Shown piece by piece: positions 60,901 to 64,000 of a stretch of 64,000 nt of DNA. Within the stretch, counting starts at the first letter, position 1, and every line of letters begins with the position of its first letter. The DNA is from Amphiscolops sp. MND2022 (taxonomy: Eukaryota): NCBI GenBank assembly GCA_964187785.1, contig OZ076409.1:99078001-99142000 (forward strand), given 5' to 3'. A program made the position numbers and the translations under genes. The notes below the pieces were generated by a model. It was not told the origin of the DNA. It worked only from the letters and a program-made list of their open reading frames with translations, and searched no databases.

Positions 60901-62380
60901 TGAACAAAATAGTTCTACAAAATTTTAAGAAGACGCCAAATTATACCTGTTGACCCGGGTTGTCCTTTTTTTTCCGCGTAACATACAATACCAGACGAGA
61001 CTAAAGGGTTCACACTTCACGTTTTTTCGGCATTGTGCAACTTTTTTCGAAAATTGTTTTTCACCAAAGCCCCTCTTCAATTTTTTGGAGCTTTGCGACA
61101 GAATGGATGTTGCAAAATCCCAAAGGGTCCTCTCATTCTGTTTTTTTCGGCATTGTGAGAATTTCCGAAAAAAAAATTTCACCAAAGGGCCCCCCTTCAA
61201 TTCTTTTGATGATTTGCGACAGAATGGATGAAACATTTCAAAGCGTCCCCCTGGCGCGCCAATTCGGTCGAACTTTTGGGTTTTTAGGGTGCTGTAGAAG
61301 AGAATACTTTTGTTTTCATTTCTGAGCCTTAGATATGGCGCCGACTTGGGCCGGTCCCGGCTTGCTTAAATCATAGCATAGCACTGTGTCAGTTAGTTAA
61401 CCCGAAGAGGGACATTTTACTCTCTACTAGTTTCCCAAATATGCAATTTTTGAAAATGACCAAAAAATTCGATCAAAAGCGGACCTTTAGGCTCAAAAAC
61501 GTTTTTCTCTCACTCAAAGCATTCGGAAAGCAGAGGGGGTCTTAATCACTATAATCTTGCATTGATAAGCTTTCAAAAAACTCGTTATTTGTTTGGTATA
61601 TTCCAAGAGCCTGATATGATCACCGTCTATAATCGCATATATTTTCTCCCAGAAGTTTCCCTGTTTTGTATAAGCTGACCTGTTTTCTATGAATGCAACA
61701 TGAAAACAAGCCGGGATCGGCCCAAGTCGGCGCCATATCTAAGACTCAAAAATACCAAAAGGACTTCAAAATGTCAAAGTATTGGTGAATTGGGGACCCT
61801 TTTATGGAACTTTTTTCGAAAAAAAGTCTCACAATGCCGAAAAAACTGAAAGGGGGGACCATTTGGGATTATTCAAAATCCATTCTGTCCAAAATATCAA
61901 AAAATTGAAGGTGGGACCCTTCGATGAAAAAAAATTTTCGAAAGAAAGTCTCACAGAGCCGAAAATACTCTTTGGCCCCGTTGAGTTTCTTAAATGATAT
62001 AAAATACTACTTCGTAAGCTAAGAATTGTAAGAAATTGAGAAATTGTAAGATTGTAAGAAAAGTGGACCATTCAGAGATTTGTCAGCTGAAAAAGAAAAA
62101 AACTACCCACTGTAATAGTCGGGCTTTTTTCCTTAAGGGAAAAGGCGCCGACTAAAAACCCTCGTTGTGCTAGCTAGGACTACCAACTAACTTGATTGGT
62201 GATGGGCGCTGTGGTGTTAGCAGCAGTTGCGACTGTTGTTGCGGGGACAGTGGCATTCAACTTGGCCAGTCGGCGTCTCCTCATTTCGTCAGCGTCCAGT
62301 TTGGGCTTCACTGGCTGAGGAGCGGGCGCTGCTTCTACTGCTGTGGAGGAGGAAGAGGTGGATGAAGAATCGACAGCCAT
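24865..62380 (-). CDS. UBE4B: Ubiquitin conjugation factor E4 B (Ufd2-type U-box E3/E4 ligase), 16 coding exons, 1117 aa
   Basis: Exons join through GT-AG sites with matching phases into one open frame of 3354 nt. Diagnostic segments: [69 protein letters not shown], and the U-box [19 protein letters not shown]...DPFSRQPL. Confidence 0.95.
25026..25441. mobile_element. MITE with ~35-bp C/G-rich TIRs; related partial copies at ~22110-22370, ~23870-24090 and ~58140-58380
   Basis: GGCTCTTTTCTGCCCCCCCCCCCCACCACCACCAAAA ... TTTTGGTGGTGGTGGGGGGGGGGCAGAAAAGAACC; nested in another repeat also seen at ~62450-62700 and ~63280-63680. Confidence 0.7.
25736..25882 (-). CDS. UBE4B: UBE4B exon 15 (U-box core)
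   Basis: tttag|[67 protein letters not shown]|gttgtt. Confidence 0.95.
26040..26912 (+). mobile_element. Decayed 3' fragment of an RLE-type (CRE/NeSL-like) non-LTR retrotransposon
   Basis: GASIWLNAL...[32 protein letters not shown] (zinc knuckle + RHN), ARLDIEASG...FFDVKI (restriction-like endonuclease), [13 protein letters not shown]; stops and frameshifts; RT absent. Confidence 0.8.
27660..27846 (-). CDS. UBE4B: UBE4B exon 14
   Basis: ttgtag|G TCG TAT: SYREEVF...[13 protein letters not shown]|gtctgt. Confidence 0.93.
27901..32361. repeat. 39-bp satellite array (~114 monomers) in UBE4B intron 13
   Basis: Monomer AGATATAACGTCAAAAATTCGGATATAGCGCTTTACTTT repeated head-to-tail with a few recurrent variants. 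Confidence 0.98.
32405..32830 (+). repeat. Dispersed ~430-bp repeat; other copies at ~46680-47130 and ~57535-58010
   Basis: Shared AAAATAGG(T/C)CC...CGTAGACGAAGTTTCGCA...GCATAATTACCACTCGCTCGTTC blocks in all three copies. Confidence 0.75.
33447..33558 (-). CDS. UBE4B: UBE4B exon 13
   Basis: ttgcag|AG AAT: (E)[36 protein letters not shown](R)|gtactg. Confidence 0.93.
33665..34773 (+). mobile_element. Two HINE family A copies (33665-34087, 34398-34773)
   Basis: TAGTCGGC starts; GCGCCGACT + hairpin + CTTGTTT ends. Confidence 0.8.
36089..36326 (-). CDS. UBE4B: UBE4B exon 12
   Basis: tttcag|[16 protein letters not shown]...[24 protein letters not shown]|gtgagt. Confidence 0.95.
36374..38306. 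mobile_element. Cluster of three HINE family A copies (36374-36916 +, 36974-37520 +, 37787-38306 -)
   Basis: Conserved termini as in the other copies; internal regions differ (subfamilies). Confidence 0.8.
38984..41665 (+). mobile_element. Decayed hAT (Ac/ZBED-like) DNA transposon with a nested HINE
   Basis: 8-bp TSD CTCTACAG at 38976-38983 and 41666-41673; imperfect TIRs TAGGCAAGTGCGATACAT / TAGAGGTGTGCAATGCAT; remnants [38 protein letters not shown] and the hAT dimerisation motif DPLEFWK...YP...[12 protein letters not shown]. Confidence 0.9.
40542..41100 (-). mobile_element. HINE family A copy inserted in the hAT transposase
   Basis: AACAAGCCGGGAACGGCCCAAGTCGGCGC ... GCGCCGACTAAAAAA; closely similar to the reverse complement of 36974-37520. 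Confidence 0.85.
42744..43018 (-). mobile_element. Second HINE-like family (B) carrying a tRNA-like segment; second copy at 52894-53185
   Basis: Subterminal inverted repeat CACATGACGAAG/CTTCGTCATGTG; terminal hairpin GAAGCGGTGCTTC next to AACACAGAG; internal TGGCACAGTGG...GGTTCGAATC boxes. Confidence 0.65.
43157..43303 (-). CDS. UBE4B: UBE4B exon 11
   Basis: gtttag|[52 protein letters not shown]|gttact. Confidence 0.95.
43787..43964 (-). CDS. UBE4B: UBE4B exon 10
   Basis: gtttag|[12 protein letters not shown]...[34 protein letters not shown]|gtagtg. Confidence 0.95.
44039..46452 (+). mobile_element. 5'-truncated, decayed CR1/L2-Jockey-group LINE (end of AP endonuclease + reverse transcriptase)
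   Basis: ISDHYSV (APE C-terminus), [49 protein letters not shown]; (CTTAT)n tail; candidate TSD ATGTCTGA at 44031-44038 and 46453-46460. Confidence 0.92.
47532..47878 (-). CDS. UBE4B: UBE4B exon 9
   Basis: ttgtag|GTC ATG: VMDLLL...[12 protein letters not shown]...[27 protein letters not shown](R)|gtatta. Confidence 0.95.
48828..49780. repeat. 153-bp tandem array (six full units plus a partial) containing the UBE4B exon 8 3' end and splice donor
   Basis: CCTTGGCGTAGTACT recurs at ~48842, 48995, 49148, 49298, 49451, 49604 and 49757. Confidence 0.95.
49758..49958 (-). CDS. UBE4B: UBE4B exon 8
   Basis: gtgcag|[12 protein letters not shown]...[11 protein letters not shown]|gtacat. Confidence 0.92.
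50726..52240. mobile_element. Two HINE family A copies (50726-51225 -, 51823-52240 +) flanking other MITE remnants
   Basis: Conserved termini AACAAGACGGGAA...GCGCCGACTAAAAA and TTTTTATTCGGCGC...CCGTCTTGTT. Confidence 0.75.
52264..52503 (-). CDS. UBE4B: UBE4B exon 7
   Basis: tggtag|[20 protein letters not shown]...[28 protein letters not shown]|gtaaag. Confidence 0.95.
52583..52772 (-). CDS. UBE4B: UBE4B exon 6
   Basis: tttcag|[21 protein letters not shown]...[19 protein letters not shown]|gtaagc. Confidence 0.95.
54405..54777 (-). CDS. UBE4B: UBE4B exon 5
   Basis: tcacag|TA ATG: (V)MEPLL...[23 protein letters not shown]...TISSI(R)|gtcggt. Confidence 0.93.
56214..56428 (-). CDS. UBE4B: UBE4B exon 4
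   Basis: tttcag|[14 protein letters not shown]...HSHTFAQ G|gttggt; phase fits exons 3 and 5. Confidence 0.8.
56913..57139 (-). CDS. UBE4B: UBE4B exon 3
   Basis: tcacag|[16 protein letters not shown]...NQIKLITA(R)|gtacat. Confidence 0.8.
57217..57520 (-). mobile_element. Partial HINE family A copy containing one 39-bp satellite monomer
   Basis: CAAGACGGGAATGTCTAAAGTCAGCGCTATATCTAGGACTCAAAAAG head; monomer at 57355-57393. Confidence 0.7.
58725..59210. mobile_element. Foldback/MITE-like element with repeated AAACTCGTCG / CGACGAGTT inverted arms; related copy at ~53920-54365
   Basis: Multiple AAACTCGTCG motifs at the left, CGACGAGTT motifs at the right, homologous AT-rich core in both copies. 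Confidence 0.65.
59546..59866 (-). CDS. UBE4B: UBE4B exon 2
   Basis: tttcag|[13 protein letters not shown]...[12 protein letters not shown]|gtttgt; phase 0 at both ends; low-complexity N-terminal region. Confidence 0.75.
59909..62158. mobile_element. Three HINE family A copies (59909-60405 +, 60821-61364 +, 61703-62158 -)
   Basis: Conserved subterminal AGTCGGCGC/GCGCCGACT, terminal hairpin and T-run ends. Confidence 0.8.
62192..62380 (-). CDS. UBE4B: UBE4B first coding exon
   Basis: ATG at 62380; MAVDSS...[14 protein letters not shown] matches the conserved UBE4B/Ufd2 N-terminal ADEIRRRRLARL motif; donor CAA|gttagt. Confidence 0.88.
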
Positions 62381-64000
62381 CGCTTCTCCTTCTTGAACCA
62401 AACCAAACCAAACCAAACCAAACAGTAATGTCCAGCATAATGAGTGGTTAAAGCAAGGTTGTTAAGGCGTTTTTTTTCATGAAAAAACACAAGAAAAAAC
62501 ATGAAGAAAACAATTCAAAAACCACTGTTTCTTTCCAAACACTTTTTTCAGTTGTTTATGGTGTAGTAGTCTCTGACTGTTCGATTTGTTTGGCGCCTTT
62601 TACCTTTTTCAGATCAGAATATCTCGTGTGAAAAATGATATTTGGAAAAAATTCAAGGAAGTGAATGACTTCCATGCTTTATATTCATTTTTTAATGAGC
62701 GGCCAAAGCAAGGTCGTTAACCCCAATTGACCTGGGCGTTTATTAAAATTTTCAAAAATTTTGATAAAAAATTTTAAAGCATCACTATCTCCACAACTAC
62801 GCGTACCAGAGGAACGTACTATAACGCCTTTGAAAGCTCTGGTATTGGGCTTTCATTTTGGTCAGGTGAGCCTCTGTCGCCGCGCGCCCCTTCCTTAAAA
62901 CTTTTGGTTTCTTTTCCCGGTAGCGCCGCATCGCGGCAGTTCCGCACTTCGCGCGGCTTGTAGAAACAACAGAAAATTATGGGGGTTTGTTGCACCAGGA
63001 CTTGCTGTGGAAGGGTGTGTGGTTGGTTTTTTCTATTGATCGAACCCTTTGAGAAAACTGGATTTTGAGAAAATATAACTATTTTTTGTGCAAAAAAAAA
63101 ACATTTTTCTCAGCTTTGGAGACATTCCCATATTGTAATGCTTGTGCCATTCAAATCAACCTAGGTACCAATTACTTGTTGAAAAAAAACTGTGCTAGAG
63201 AAAATGGGCTACTGGCGAAAGGAATCAGAATTTGGAAAAAAAAGGTAGGCTGCTTTAAAGCACCATTAGGTTCATTAGGGTTAAGGTGTTTTATTCATAA
63301 ATAAAACACGAGAAAAAACACTGTTTTTCATGTTTTTTTTTCAGACACTTCTTTTCAGTTATTTATGGTCTAGTCTCTAACTGTTCAATTATTTCGAAAC
63401 TTTTTACCTTTTTCAGATCAGAATATCTGAATTCCGTATGAAAGATGATATCTGGAAAAAATTCAATGAAGTGAATGACTTTCATGCTTTATATTCCTTC
63501 GTTGAAGTTCTGTACCATGGAAAATTTGGCAACAAATGAAAAACCGTTGTGCATAACACATTGTTTTCCACGGTAGTTTACCCAAAAAGCAATAAAATAC
63601 AAAAAGTATATTTCGTTAAAAAAACTTGTTCAAAACGCTTTTCGTGAAAAAAAAATGTATAATTTAACTTGGGTTAAAGCACCTAACTGACAAAACAGAT
63701 GCAAAATAAGATGTTGGAATGAGATGTTTTATCCGTTACCGATTACCAAGAAGACACCTTTCAAAAAACTGTAGGCTGATTTTCAGTTATATAATAGGCG
63801 CTAGGGTTTTTGCCATCTTTTGAGCTGAAACTCGCGGAATTTGGCACTTAACAGTAACAAGTCGGTGTCCCGCTTAAGACTCAAAAAGCGCAAATTTTGG
63901 AAAAATGCCACGAGGGGAACTAATGTGCTCGGAAAATGCTTCTCTGAGGAAAAAAATTTTGTAAAAGTAAAAACAGAATTGGTTGAAATTCTTCTTTAGA

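Overview
AT-rich, transposon-dense eukaryotic (invertebrate-animal-like) genomic DNA. No prokaryotic features, rRNA, intact tRNA genes or CRISPR arrays were seen. The main gene is a complete 16-exon minus-strand UBE4B/Ufd2 U-box ubiquitin ligase (ATG 62380 to TGA 24865; all introns GT-AG, phases consistent, 3354 nt CDS = 1117 aa). A second minus-strand gene with at least two exons (21090-18076) encodes a proline-rich PPxY protein. The first 18 kb is a composite block: a decayed Helitron-type RepHel gene (HUH, Y2 and PIF1 motifs still readable), a strongly base-paired GC-rich segment, a decayed ~1.25 kb intronless frame that may be an endogenised RNA-virus capsid gene (inference only), and a ~5.4-copy tandem array of a ~1.92 kb unit. 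About 17 copies of a non-autonomous Helentron/DINE-1-like (HINE) family are scattered through the window. The UBE4B introns also hold a 4.46 kb 39-bp satellite whose monomer occurs singly inside a HINE copy, a decayed hAT element with an 8-bp TSD, a 5'-truncated CR1/L2-like LINE, an RLE-type retrotransposon fragment, MITEs, and a 153-bp tandem array that copies an exon's splice donor seven times. All protein-family calls come from motif recognition by eye; no database searches were run.
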